Below, piece after piece: positions 1-8,982 of a stretch of 64,000 bases of DNA. Under the pieces are notes generated by a model. The model saw only the letters and a program-made list of their open reading frames with translations. It was not told the DNA's origin and searched no databases. The stretch is from an uncultured virus (IMG/VR IMGVR_UViG_3300032323_003315). Its lineage: Duplodnaviria; Heunggongvirae; Uroviricota; Caudoviricetes. Every line of letters starts with the position of its first letter. Position 1 is the stretch's first letter. The DNA lies in IMG/VR virus record IMGVR_UViG_3300032323_003315. One strand, written 5' to 3'. The position numbers and the translations under genes are program-made.

Positions 1-445
1 CAACTATTTCCAAAAATGGTTGTGAATTAAACATACCATCTCCTCTTTCGCCATCATAACTTTTCTTTTGTTCTTTGATAAAACCTACTATGCGTTTACT
101 ATGCTGATAAGGGTTTCGTATATTTAAAAAATAATGTTTTACTAAACCATTTCCGCTTTTGTAAATATCCGCTACATACGGATTGGAAGTAAAATAAAAG
201 CCCTTATTGGTGTTTTCCCAACCATAAGTATCTCTAAACTTAAAAACATTGAAATCATTAGGGCTTCCATGGTACACTACCAAAGGCTCTCCATTTTCGT
301 CCACAACCTTTGAAGCATTGGCAGGGTCTTTCTCCCAATCGCCGAACCATGCCTTAAAAGCACGGGTGCGGACAAGTTTGTACTGCTTGGGGGATAGGTT
401 GCTCGGTTTTCCGTTGGGAGCAAGTAGCTTATTTATCTTGGGCAT
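1..445 (-). CDS. ADP-ribosyltransferase-like protein of polyvalent-protein type (ART-PolyVal-like), 3' end runs off window
   Basis: Not in ORF track. Manual translation from ATG at 445: MPKINKLLAPNGKPSNLSPKQYKLVRTRAFKAWFGDWEKDPANASKVVDENGEPLVVYHGS...GFYFTSN...FLNIRNP...YDG. Open to the window edge; same motif order as the C-terminal domain of 51486..53885. Confidence 0.75.
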   Translation of the reverse strand, partial: MPKINKLLAPNGKPSNLSPKQYKLVRTRAFKAWFGDWEKDPANASKVVDENGEPLVVYHGSPNDFNVFKFRDTYGWENTNKGFYFTSNPYVADIYKSGNGLVKHYFLNIRNPYQHSKRIVGFIKEQKKSYDGERGDGMFNSQPFLEIV

Positions 446-449
446 GACA

Positions 450-457
450 CAAAAATA
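450..457 (-). promoter_or_regulatory. Bacteroidota sigma70 -7 box (TATTTTTG)
   Basis: Matches TAnnTTTG, 4 nt upstream of the ATG at 445 (near-leaderless). Confidence 0.55.
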
Positions 458-544
458 AGACAACCCCGCCACTTTTACATGACGGGGCTGCCAAAATTGA
501 ACTTACATCTATTTAGATGAAACGGATATGCGAATATAAGGCAT

Positions 545-1303
545 TTAACCTACTTTGTTAATAGTGGCTATAATAGAAGGAATTTCGGGTATTCCAACAA
601 CGGGTATTGGGTCGTAATGCAATTCTATTAAAGCCAATGTAGAATACCAAGCTAATTCCACAAATTCGCCCGCAATAAGGGGTACAAAAAAATTCCAAGC
701 TGCAACAAATAAATCATTGTTGTTGGTTAGTGTTAGTACTGTTGTTGTATCGGCAACACTTGAACCATTCTTTTTTAGCCAAATGTAAATATTTCCTGCG
801 CCCCCTCCCCCTGCTCTTCTTTTTACTTGTGCGGAAAACGCTAAATTATAAATACCCGTATTGGCTGCCGTTATTTGGCTATTTGCAACTATTGAAAAAC
901 CCAAGGTGGCATTAGCAACGGTATTATTAAAAGTCATTATTTTTTGCTCGCTACCAACCGTGGTTTGGGTTTGTGTGCTGTAAAAAGAGCCATAATATGT
1001 TGGCGCGGCAATCTCTATATCATTAGCATTTTGAGTTATTAATACATTTGCACCCTGCGTTATAGTTCGCAGTTCTGCGGGGCTTGTACCCGAAGCATCA
1101 ACGTATATTTCTGCCCCTGTTCCAATATTATCTAATGTAACTGTTGGCGGTATGGGTAAATATGTACCCAATGGTGATATGTTACCATAAATATCTTTGA
1201 TGTATGCTTGGTTGGTAACGTAGTCTATATATAAATTAAGAGCGTTCCCGTCTTTGGGCGTAGATAGATTTTCGGGAAAAGACTTGCTGATTATATTTGT
1301 CAT
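545..1303 (-). CDS. Virion spike/receptor-binding protein with C1q/BclA-C-like C-terminal domain
   Basis: C-terminal YYGSFY...TFNNT...ITAANTGIYNLAFSAQV pattern; N-terminal ~45 aa resembles the N-terminus of fibre 18410..19780. Confidence 0.6.
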   Translation of the reverse strand: MTNIISKSFPENLSTPKDGNALNLYIDYVTNQAYIKDIYGNISPLGTYLPIPPTVTLDNIGTGAEIYVDASGTSPAELRTITQGANVLITQNANDIEIAAPTYYGSFYSTQTQTTVGSEQKIMTFNNTVANATLGFSIVANSQITAANTGIYNLAFSAQVKRRAGGGGAGNIYIWLKKNGSSVADTTTVLTLTNNNDLFVAAWNFFVPLIAGEFVELAWYSTLALIELHYDPIPVVGIPEIPSIIATINKVG

Positions 1304-1318
1304 AATGTAGATTTATAG

Positions 1319-1336
1319 CAAAATTATGTAATTTTG
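1319..1336. promoter_or_regulatory. Back-to-back divergent Bacteroidota -7 boxes (TAATTTTG on both strands)
   Basis: caaaatta 1319-1326 (minus) and taattttg 1329-1336 (plus), between divergent genes starting at 1303 and 1344. Confidence 0.65.
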
Positions 1337-1343
1337 TTTCATA

Positions 1344-2066
1344 ATGAGCAATTTAATTGGTTGGCTAAAAAAGAACTACATGTATGTGGTAGTTCCTGTT
1401 GGGGCAATTTCCCTGTATAAAATCGTTAATTACTTTTCGGGTGGCGGCACAAGCGACAAAAGTGTAAGCAAAGCTACGGGCTACACAAAATACATGAAAT
1501 ACCCCGAACTGATGAACGCTATTCTAAAGGGTGAGAGCAATAGCTATAATGACCACAACTACTATAATCCCAACTTGCAGGGATATGTTCAAGGCAGATG
1601 GGGGAGAAAATACCCCGCCTTTACAAAAAACCTATCTGATTATACCATTGGGGAAATAATAGCTTTCCAAAACCAAAGCCGAAGCGGTGGCGCGGGGCAG
1701 TTGTGGGCTGTTGGTAAATACCAAATTATTCCATCTACCCTTAAAGGCAGCTATGCGGTTTCGGGCTTAAAGCTATCCGATAAGTTTTCTCCCGAAAATC
1801 AAGATAAGATTGGTATGGCATTGCTTAAATTGAGGCCGAAGGCTTGGAACTATCTTACCAAAAAGGTTGGCGATACGCAGGACAATCTTAATTCAGCCGC
1901 TTTGGATATAGCTATGTCATGGAGCAGCGTAGGTGTTCCTTATGCTTTAAAAGGTTTTTGGGGCGTACCCGTAACAAAGAACGAAAGCTATTACAAGCCA
2001 TACGATAGGGCTACTACCGATACAACTTCTATACAGAAGTATCTTCGTACAAGCCGAAAGGGATAA
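1344..2066 (+). CDS. Membrane-anchored lysozyme-superfamily muramidase (probable virion entry enzyme)
   Basis: N-terminal hydrophobic anchor; ILKGES...Y, AVGKYQIIPSTL, FSPENQDKI motifs of lambda-like lysozymes. Confidence 0.7.
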   Translation: MSNLIGWLKKNYMYVVVPVGAISLYKIVNYFSGGGTSDKSVSKATGYTKYMKYPELMNAILKGESNSYNDHNYYNPNLQGYVQGRWGRKYPAFTKNLSDYTIGEIIAFQNQSRSGGAGQLWAVGKYQIIPSTLKGSYAVSGLKLSDKFSPENQDKIGMALLKLRPKAWNYLTKKVGDTQDNLNSAALDIAMSWSSVGVPYALKGFWGVPVTKNESYYKPYDRATTDTTSIQKYLRTSRKG

Positions 2067-2128
2067 TTTTTTTATTTAGCCTAAACCCTTATGGCTATTG
2101 GGTTTGAGCGTTGTTTCGGCCCTTCTTA

Positions 2129-2192
2129 TGTGGAAAACTTTTTATTTTCCGAAATAAAATGTTTGGAAGTTTGCTTTTTCGTTGTATCTTTG
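2129..2192 (+). promoter_or_regulatory. Early promoter: TGTGGAAAA box, TTTATTTT/AAATAAAA palindrome, -33 TTTG and -7 TATCTTTG
   Basis: TTTG 2162-2165, 19-nt spacer, TATCTTTG 2185-2192; similar architecture at 5388-5443 and 6844-6880. Confidence 0.7.
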
Positions 2193-2211
2193 TACTACAA
2201 ATCAAAACAAC

Positions 2212-2592
2212 ATGACAACTCAAAAAGCAATCATCACTTTTATGCCCAAGGGCGTTTACACAGGAAAGAACGGTCAAACCGTACACAGGACAAATTCATG
2301 GTGGCAAGTCCTTTATACCGCCAATGATTATACTCAAAACTATTTTACGGAAGCAGAGGCAATGGAAGTTGCTAATTATTACAAAGAAAACATTGTTAAT
2401 GTAACCCCCGAAGTTCAAAGACTTGCTAATGCTACCAAAACACATTGCTGTTGTGGAGGCCACAAAAAGGCAATGGTAAACGAAATGCTTGCGGAAAAGT
2501 ACAGAGAAGATATGATTGCCAAAGGACAGCCAATACCCCCAAAACATTTCCTGTTGGCAATCGGCAAGTTTAATGGCGAAGGGGCTGAATAA
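2212..2592 (+). CDS. Hypothetical early protein
   Basis: ORF; ATG 2212 preferred because it follows the promoter and an A-rich leader. Confidence 0.6.
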   Translation: MTTQKAIITFMPKGVYTGKNGQTVHRTNSWWQVLYTANDYTQNYFTEAEAMEVANYYKENIVNVTPEVQRLANATKTHCCCGGHKKAMVNEMLAEKYREDMIAKGQPIPPKHFLLAIGKFNGEGAE

Positions 2593-2620
2593 AAATTTAT
2601 AACTCAAAATATCAATATCC

Positions 2621-3040
2621 ATGAACAACAAGACTAACAGAGTGGTTGTAATCAACCCCGAAACAAAAAGCGTTTACGAAGCGCAAATCCCCGCCGAAAA
2701 TTCCCTGCAACATTGGTACAATACCATTGGTAACGGGTGCGAATTGGTGCAGGTGGTTTTATCAATCTTTGACCCATTTCGTCGCGTGGATAACGCGCTG
2801 CTTATGGACGAGGAAATCTTATTGCGCCCCGACGACATAAAAGGCGGGTTTGTCTTTGAAGGCCGCATTTATTACAATACGGCTATTTTTAGCGGTGCTG
2901 ACAACGAAGGCGAAACTTGCGATACTTCTATTGACGTTGACATGGTAAACAAGCATGTGCAGTTTATCAGCCGTGAAGATGCTGTTGCCTACGGGCAGGA
3001 AGTTATGGATAACTACGAACCTAAAATAATTTCAATATAA
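2621..3040 (+). CDS. Hypothetical protein (DUF3846-like)
   Basis: VVVINP...LQHWYNTIG...MDEE...SGADNEGET pattern recalled from phage early genes. Confidence 0.5.
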   Translation: MNNKTNRVVVINPETKSVYEAQIPAENSLQHWYNTIGNGCELVQVVLSIFDPFRRVDNALLMDEEILLRPDDIKGGFVFEGRIYYNTAIFSGADNEGETCDTSIDVDMVNKHVQFISREDAVAYGQEVMDNYEPKIISI

Positions 3041-3041
3041 T

Positions 3042-3506
3042 ATGAAAAAACTATTCTTAATCCTTACCCTTGGGCTAATTGGCAACGCCAAAGCCCAATG
3101 GGTAAACAAAGTATCTGACAACGGGTTTGATGACCCTTATCGCTATGCTGTTGCATACACCGACGACGGCCAAAACTTTGTAAAACTTGAAAAGCTAACC
3201 GACACAAGCATGATAGTCGTTCTTTGGGATGGTTATGTTTGCGAGGAAAGACCCCTATTGGAGTTTTCCTTCAAAGTTGGAAACGACAACGACAAGTATG
3301 AAGTTTATGCTGTGCGAAGCACCGACAAGAAAAAGGCTATGACATCTGCGGTTGTAAATAAAGGTGATTTTGTGCGCTCTTTCAGATTGGCTACCATCAT
3401 GCGTATTCGCTTAAACGACGAAAGCTGCGGTATGACAATCTTTTCTTTTAATATGGCCAACAGTTCCTCTGCTATAACTTGGGTTATGGGAGATAGAATT
3501 AGGTAA
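3042..3506 (+). CDS. Secreted/periplasmic protein with Bacteroidota-type signal peptide
   Basis: MKKLFLILTLGLIGNAKA-QW (signal peptide then Gln, typical of Bacteroidota). Confidence 0.65.
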   Translation: MKKLFLILTLGLIGNAKAQWVNKVSDNGFDDPYRYAVAYTDDGQNFVKLEKLTDTSMIVVLWDGYVCEERPLLEFSFKVGNDNDKYEVYAVRSTDKKKAMTSAVVNKGDFVRSFRLATIMRIRLNDESCGMTIFSFNMANSSSAITWVMGDRIR

Positions 3507-3526
3507 TAGTGTTTTGATTTCCTCTT

Positions 3527-3556
3527 GCCCCGTAGCCGTCAATGGCACGGGGTTTT
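3527..3556 (+). terminator. Rho-independent terminator
   Basis: CCCCGTAGCC...GGCACGGGG stem followed by TTTT. Confidence 0.6.
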
Positions 3557-3607
3557 GAGGTGCAAGACGAACAACATAATACAAAAACCATTTAATTTGT
3601 AATCGCC

Positions 3608-4000
3608 ATGATACTATCACTAAACCACACGTTCAAAGAAATCCTGCGCGACAAGGACTTAAACGTAATGAGAATTATTCAAGTACCCGAAAAACGCTCT
3701 GAAATTGAGGGCATGGGGCGTTATTATGCTTCCGAGCATGAAGACTTGGACGTGCATGCCTTTGGAGTTAATTATGTGCGCGACAACATAAAATTGGACA
3801 AAATGTATTTGCTCTTTGCACAGGTCATGCCCGACGAACTGAAAGAATATATGGAAGACGCGGATACCTACATTTGCCTCAAGCCAAACGATTTCTTTTT
3901 AGAGGCCAAATCAGACAAGATACACTACATTTGCAAGGTTACATCCGAAAATGTGGACGAAATAGTACACCTTATAAAAAACACTAAAAACCATGAATAA
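3608..4000 (+). CDS. Hypothetical protein
   Basis: 130-aa ORF in the + strand block. Confidence 0.6.
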   Translation: MILSLNHTFKEILRDKDLNVMRIIQVPEKRSEIEGMGRYYASEHEDLDVHAFGVNYVRDNIKLDKMYLLFAQVMPDELKEYMEDADTYICLKPNDFFLEAKSDKIHYICKVTSENVDEIVHLIKNTKNHE

Positions 4001-4232
4001 CACGAACCCAAACCCCCAACAGGAAAAAAGACCATTACAGGTAGCTGAAGAGTTGTATGCCGAGTGCATGATAATTTCTGTTGAAGCACCAAACGAAGAA
4101 GAGAAACAGACAAAAATGCGCCGCACCATGGCTGCCGCTACCGCCTACCTTGACTACCAAGTGGACTATTGGTTACAGGTACGCGCTGAATGGCAGAACC
4201 TAAAAAATATGGGTAAGCATGAGAATGATTGA
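3993..4232 (+). CDS. Hypothetical protein
   Basis: Overlaps the previous stop; helical. Confidence 0.55.
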   Translation: MNNTNPNPQQEKRPLQVAEELYAECMIISVEAPNEEEKQTKMRRTMAAATAYLDYQVDYWLQVRAEWQNLKNMGKHEND

Positions 4233-4251
4233 TTTCATGCGTGCTTTTGTT

Positions 4252-4259
4252 TACTTTTG
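4252..4259 (+). promoter_or_regulatory. Bacteroidota -7 box (TACTTTTG)
   Basis: Upstream of 4332; a hairpin at about 4291-4316 lies in the leader. Confidence 0.5.
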
Positions 4260-4331
4260 TATTGGGATTGATTAATAGGGTGTTTTGTACAATGGCTCTC
4301 CTAACGGGGGGCTATTGTTTTCTAAAATCCA

Positions 4332-5387
4332 ATGGCAAATAAAAAATTACAGAAATGGGAGCGCAAGCGAAATGCCAAATTGCGCTTGTATGCCAAGGTT
4401 GTTAAGGCGACAAGGAAAGAACTTGCCGCATCGGGCATAGATTATAAGTACAATGAAGCCCGCAAATTCACTTCCGAATTTATTTATGGGCAATTCAAAA
4501 ACCAACCGCCAAGCAAGGTAAAGGTTAAGGATATTCGCGATTATGCCAAAAAGGTAATTGACGAACAGAAGCAAAAACAGCCGCCTGCTCCCATAGAGCA
4601 ATTTATTGACCCGCGAGTTATTTCCGAAATTGATGTTGCCAACATTGATTATTGGGATATGGATGATTTTCTTTCGGGCGCGGGAGATTTCAATATTTAC
4701 CAAAGCCGTGCGCTGCAAGGTGCTAATATGGGTAAAAACCTGCGCTTTGAAGTTATCATAAGCGAAACAGACAGGACAGGCGAACTTACCCTGCTACAAT
4801 ATGATGGTATGGCATCGGGTGTGCGTGAACTTATAGAAAAGGTACGCGAAATCACCAACAATTCGTCGGGTGCTTATTTCATGGGTGTAGTTGGCCGCCG
4901 TGAGGGAATGAAAGACGATAGCGACCCAAACAGCTACATCTTACAGTTTATCCTGTATGTAAATGACGAACCCGTTGTTCCGCCCGACGAGCAAGTAACC
5001 CCAATACCAAGGCGCGATATGACTGCCGAGGAAATTGAGGAATTTCAGAAATTAAGGCGCGAACAGATAAGCGAAAAAGAGGAAGCAGAGGAAAAGAAAA
5101 AACGTGCTGAAAAGCAAAAGGCAAGGCGGCAAGCCAAAAGGCCAACCAAAAAAGTAAAAACTAAAGAACCACCACCGCCACCTGCTCCCAAAGAACCAAA
5201 GAAAAAAACTACCCGTGGCGATAGGGTGCTTGCGCTGAATGAGCAGAAACTAAAGGAACTTGAAATGCTACGCAAAGATTTAGACGACGGGATTATAAAC
5301 AAACGCGAATACAAAAAAGAAAGAACCCGCATACAAGACCAATACGAGCAAGCCCTTAACAAGTTGAAGCGGGGCGGGGTTGTATAA
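4332..5387 (+). CDS. Basic/coiled-coil protein ending in LKRGGVV (candidate DNA-binding core protein)
   Basis: K/R-rich termini, Pro-rich linker, terminal xxGG motif shared with 40-54 kb proteins. Confidence 0.6.
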   Translation: MANKKLQKWERKRNAKLRLYAKVVKATRKELAASGIDYKYNEARKFTSEFIYGQFKNQPPSKVKVKDIRDYAKKVIDEQKQKQPPAPIEQFIDPRVISEIDVANIDYWDMDDFLSGAGDFNIYQSRALQGANMGKNLRFEVIISETDRTGELTLLQYDGMASGVRELIEKVREITNNSSGAYFMGVVGRREGMKDDSDPNSYILQFILYVNDEPVVPPDEQVTPIPRRDMTAEEIEEFQKLRREQISEKEEAEEKKKRAEKQKARRQAKRPTKKVKTKEPPPPPAPKEPKKKTTRGDRVLALNEQKLKELEMLRKDLDDGIINKREYKKERTRIQDQYEQALNKLKRGGVV

Positions 5388-5443
5388 TGTGGAAAACTAA
5401 ACACTTTCTTTATTTTGCAAAATAAAATGTTTTGTTAATTTTG
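5388..5443 (+). promoter_or_regulatory. Early promoter with TGTGGAAAA box, palindrome and -7 TAATTTTG
   Basis: TGTGGAAAA 5388-5396; TTTATTTTGCAAAATAAAA 5409-5427; TAATTTTG 5436-5443. Confidence 0.7.
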
Positions 5444-5458
5444 TAATAGGATAACCGC

Positions 5459-5695
5459 ATGACAAACAGCAGATTTCCAAAACTATCCAAAAAGCAGGTG
5501 TACTACTACATCGCTATGTTCCCCATGCAGTCGGCCATTGTTACCAATAAGGTAAGGGGCATACTGAACCCCATGGCAGAGAATAGCTTTGACTTTTCAG
5601 TATTTATGAATAAACTGTTTTGGAGCAAGGATATACATGTGCGGGCAGGTTATTTCCATATCAAAACCTTACTTGAAAAAAACAACATATTATGA
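5459..5695 (+). CDS. Hypothetical protein
   Basis: Follows promoter; ATGA-coupled to next gene. Confidence 0.55.
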   Translation: MTNSRFPKLSKKQVYYYIAMFPMQSAIVTNKVRGILNPMAENSFDFSVFMNKLFWSKDIHVRAGYFHIKTLLEKNNIL

Positions 5696-6093
5696 GCAAA
5701 AGACCAATCTACGACATGGTAAAAGAGATTTTATCATCCAAGCCCGAAGCGAGAGATAACGACATGTATTTGTGCGCTATCGTATGGTATCGGCAATCAG
5801 CAAGCAAGTACAACATCAATGCGCTTTCCCTTACTGATTTCTTTCACCTAATGCGTAACTACAAAAACAATGGTTTGCTTTCCTTTGAAACCATAAGCCG
5901 CCAAAGGCGATTGGTGCAGGAAGCATGCCCCGAACTACGCGGTGAGGAATATGAAAAACGCCATAAGAAACAGGCAGAGGTTAAGCAGGATTTAAAGGAA
6001 ATTAAGTCCACCGCTTTTTTTGGCGACGACAGTAAGCCAAACGAAGAGTTGCTGAATGGACAGATGCCCCTATTTGGACAAGGCCATGGGTAA
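5692..6093 (+). CDS. Conserved phage hypothetical protein
   Basis: PEARDND...ETISRQRRLVQE..PELRG motif recalled from Bacteroidota phages. Confidence 0.65.
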   Translation: MSKRPIYDMVKEILSSKPEARDNDMYLCAIVWYRQSASKYNINALSLTDFFHLMRNYKNNGLLSFETISRQRRLVQEACPELRGEEYEKRHKKQAEVKQDLKEIKSTAFFGDDSKPNEELLNGQMPLFGQGHG

Positions 6094-6841
6094 AAAGGAA
6101 GATTTCAATTTGGTACAATCGCGGGTAAAGTATTCACGCAACCCCGAAACGATTATTAAGATGCTTGAACGCAACAAAAGGTCGTTCTACCTTCGCGAAA
6201 CTTCCTTTTTAACCACCCTTATTTACGATAACACGGAAATTTCGTTTACCAAAAAGAACGGAATGTTCCCACCCAATCAGTTATGGATATTCAATATCGT
6301 AAAAAAGCATGCAGAAAACTTTGCTTCGCAAATAGAGCGCGGAGAGAAAGAGTTTATTATGCCCGAAAAACTGCCAACCAACCTTACCAATTTTGATTAC
6401 GACGATAGCATAGGGCAGATTACAGGAACAGACATAAACAGCGCATATTGGACAATAGCGCATCGCCTTGGCATAATAAACGATGAGGTGTATAACAGAG
6501 TGAGCGCAGACGAGTTCAAAGTTGTACGCCTTGCCGCACTTGCTATCCTTGGCCGTGATTTGGTTTACCGAGAGTTTAAAGACGGAACGGTGGCAAGCCA
6601 AAAGAAAGTTGTAAGTGGTAGCAAAATGCTAAAAGAGTTTTACAAGGCCATACGCTACACTTGCTATCAGCACATGCACACCTTATCTCAAATGCTTGGT
6701 AACGAGTTTGATGCTTACCGAACCGATTGCATATACTATCGCAACACACCCGAAAACATTAAATTAGTACATGACTACCTTGACGAGCATGGGTTTTACT
6801 ACAAACAATTAGTGTTTGACGAACAGGGTGTAGAATTATAA
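6086..6841 (+). CDS. Minimal family-B DNA polymerase-like palm-domain protein
   Basis: TDINSAYW (motif A DxxSxY), KVVRLAALAILG (degenerate motif B), AYRTDCIYY (motif C-like); about 250 aa, no exonuclease domain. Confidence 0.55.
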   Translation: MGKKEDFNLVQSRVKYSRNPETIIKMLERNKRSFYLRETSFLTTLIYDNTEISFTKKNGMFPPNQLWIFNIVKKHAENFASQIERGEKEFIMPEKLPTNLTNFDYDDSIGQITGTDINSAYWTIAHRLGIINDEVYNRVSADEFKVVRLAALAILGRDLVYREFKDGTVASQKKVVSGSKMLKEFYKAIRYTCYQHMHTLSQMLGNEFDAYRTDCIYYRNTPENIKLVHDYLDEHGFYYKQLVFDEQGVEL

Positions 6842-6843
6842 CA

Positions 6844-6880
6844 TTTTATTTTTGAAAATAAAATATTTGTTTTATATTTG
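6844..6880 (+). promoter_or_regulatory. Early promoter with palindrome and -7 TATATTTG
   Basis: TTTTATTTTTGAAAATAAAA 6844-6863, TATATTTG 6873-6880, ATG at 6886. Confidence 0.7.
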
Positions 6881-6885
6881 CAGGT

Positions 6886-7302
6886 ATGAACACTAACATA
6901 AAACTTGACCTTACTTCGCTCAATGTTCACGAACTACTTGACCAACCAACTCTTGTATCTTATCTTGGTGGCGAGGTGAATGAAATACTTGACCGCAACA
7001 GGCCATTTTACGATAGCAGCACAGAGTTGTGCGTGAATGGGGTGTATTTTGCCCTAACGTCCTTTACAGAACTTGGTACTGAATTTAACGTGCTTTCTCT
7101 TTACAAAAAATCACCCCGTTCCAAAAAGACTTACAGATACGCTTTTGGAGCATACGATACCGATAAGAACGAATTGGTATGGTTCTTTAACGCGCAACCC
7201 ATTGCTGAAAATAGGGAAATTGCCGTAAAAACTTTTGCGCCCCTAAAAACTTGGTGCGCCAAAAACTACCCAAACATGATACCTTTTGCTTATAAGAAAT
7301 AA
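6886..7302 (+). CDS. Hypothetical protein
   Basis: ORF directly after promoter. Confidence 0.6.
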   Translation: MNTNIKLDLTSLNVHELLDQPTLVSYLGGEVNEILDRNRPFYDSSTELCVNGVYFALTSFTELGTEFNVLSLYKKSPRSKKTYRYAFGAYDTDKNELVWFFNAQPIAENREIAVKTFAPLKTWCAKNYPNMIPFAYKK

Positions 7303-7306
7303 AGCC

Positions 7307-7624
7307 ATGAGCCAAAAATATTTTACTTACGAGTTTTCCTACAACCAAAATGAATATGTTGTCCATTACAACATGGATGCTGATACTTATAGCATATTAG
7401 AATATTCGGACGCGGAAGAGCCATTAGAGGTTATGACAGGCAAAGATTTTCAAGAGTGGGTTAGTGATAACAATTACCTTGAAATGAATGGTATGTCAAT
7501 AAGCCCAACGGACGGAACGTGGGATGAAGATACATATTACATAACCATGGATATGTTTTTACAGGACTACTCCCTTGTAAGGGATGCGTTTTATGATTTG
7601 TACACCAATAATTTCAATATATGA
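7307..7624 (+). CDS. Acidic, aromatic-rich hypothetical protein (possible DNA mimic)
   Basis: D/E/Y-rich; start taken at ATG 7307. Confidence 0.55.
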   Translation: MSQKYFTYEFSYNQNEYVVHYNMDADTYSILEYSDAEEPLEVMTGKDFQEWVSDNNYLEMNGMSISPTDGTWDEDTYYITMDMFLQDYSLVRDAFYDLYTNNFNI

Positions 7625-8193
7625 TAACTGCTTTGCAAAAAAATAAGGGCAGCCACGACATTGGCTACCCCTATTTGAACAACACGACCAACGCTTGCAC
7701 AAAGCAAAGGTTTGGACGAACCAAATTTAAAGAACAAATGCAAGATATTTATATATCGTTACTTGACGATGTGGCGTTTATACGCAACGCCCTGTACAAT
7801 CCCCGCAATCTCCCAAAGGATATGCCCGCATTGATAAAATTGGTTGAGTTGCTTAAACGCAAATACGACGATTTTGCCAAAAGCCCTTATGGGGATGTTG
7901 CCCTGTTTCACATCAATAATTTAGAAGAAGAGTTAGCAGACATGCGTATTAAATTTTACAAATATTACTTCCGCGACAAGGAAAAGCCCGTAACCATTGA
8001 AGCATTGAACAAGCAGGCCGCAAACTTTGCCATGGAGCAACTTATGCCCCAACTTGAACCCAAGGGATACAAAATTCAGAACATTGTTGATGTTCGTGTT
8101 GAAGAGCCTATTGCGGGCGTATCTACCAAAAAGCACCAAGGCAAGGATTTTATATGGACAAGCGAAGGTTGGATAGAAAAGAGAGAGGAATGA
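7621..8193 (+). CDS. Hypothetical protein
   Basis: ATGA-coupled on both sides. Confidence 0.6.
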   Translation: MITALQKNKGSHDIGYPYLNNTTNACTKQRFGRTKFKEQMQDIYISLLDDVAFIRNALYNPRNLPKDMPALIKLVELLKRKYDDFAKSPYGDVALFHINNLEEELADMRIKFYKYYFRDKEKPVTIEALNKQAANFAMEQLMPQLEPKGYKIQNIVDVRVEEPIAGVSTKKHQGKDFIWTSEGWIEKREE

Positions 8194-8981
8194 AACCTAT
8201 AAAAATTAGCCAATCGCTTATGAAAGCATTAAGCGAGTATGTGCAGGGTTACGAGTGCGGTATTGCTTTTAGGGAATTGTATATCAACAAAACGATTTCC
8301 AAAACCCCGTCGGATGCCATGAAACTTGGGATTTATTTTGAGTACATGGCCACGGGGGCATTGCCCCGAAGCGGGGAAGCCCCTCAAGCCGAATATGTTT
8401 ACAAAGGGAAGCCCAACGAGCGTATGGCTACCGATTATGAAAGAGCCACCGCGAGCGCAGAATACTTCAAAAGCCTTGTTAAGTTTTGGGATATTAAAAT
8501 ACTGCATACCAACTTTACCATGGAAACCGAAACCATGAAAGGTATAGCCGACTTGGTTGTGGAGTGGAATGGTAAGCCCGCTATCATAGATTTAAAGTAC
8601 ACAGGGCTTATTGACGACAAATGGAGCGAAATGGGTTGGCATAAAGACTTTGTGCAGGAAAAGGACAATCTTATGGTACAGGGAGTTATGTATAAGATGC
8701 TTGCCAAAGAAGTATTAGGCATAGACGATATTGACTTTTACTTTTGGGTGTTTGATAGCCGAAACCCGCTAAATGTTCGCATAATCCATGAGAACGTGGA
8801 GCAAGGCCGCTTTATTACCCATAAGGAAGCCGTGGATAGCGCAGAAAAGTATTTGGCTTATCATATAAAGCAAAACGATTGGACACCGCGCCCCGAACTA
8901 TTACGCTGCGCTAATTGCCCGCTAAAACCAAATTGTGAGCATGCAGTAGATTACCCAAGCATAGAGGAAGTTTACTATTGA
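8190..8981 (+). CDS. PD-(D/E)xK exonuclease (RecE/Cas4-like), partner of RecT
   Basis: GIADLV...IIDLKY, Q..MY, C-terminal CxxC-x5-C; near recT. Confidence 0.8.
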   Translation: MKPIKISQSLMKALSEYVQGYECGIAFRELYINKTISKTPSDAMKLGIYFEYMATGALPRSGEAPQAEYVYKGKPNERMATDYERATASAEYFKSLVKFWDIKILHTNFTMETETMKGIADLVVEWNGKPAIIDLKYTGLIDDKWSEMGWHKDFVQEKDNLMVQGVMYKMLAKEVLGIDDIDFYFWVFDSRNPLNVRIIHENVEQGRFITHKEAVDSAEKYLAYHIKQNDWTPRPELLRCANCPLKPNCEHAVDYPSIEEVYY

Positions 8982-8982
8982 T

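Noticed and set aside
249..458. 69-aa + strand ORF
   Set aside because: Shadow of the minus-strand ART-like gene 1..445
4332..5387. Terminal protein for protein-primed replication
   Set aside because: Only proximity to the PolB-like gene supports it; no inverted terminal repeats visible and the PolB-like protein lacks TPR insertions
8190..8981. Cas4 of a CRISPR system
   Set aside because: No array or other cas genes; proximity to recT indicates a recombination exonuclease
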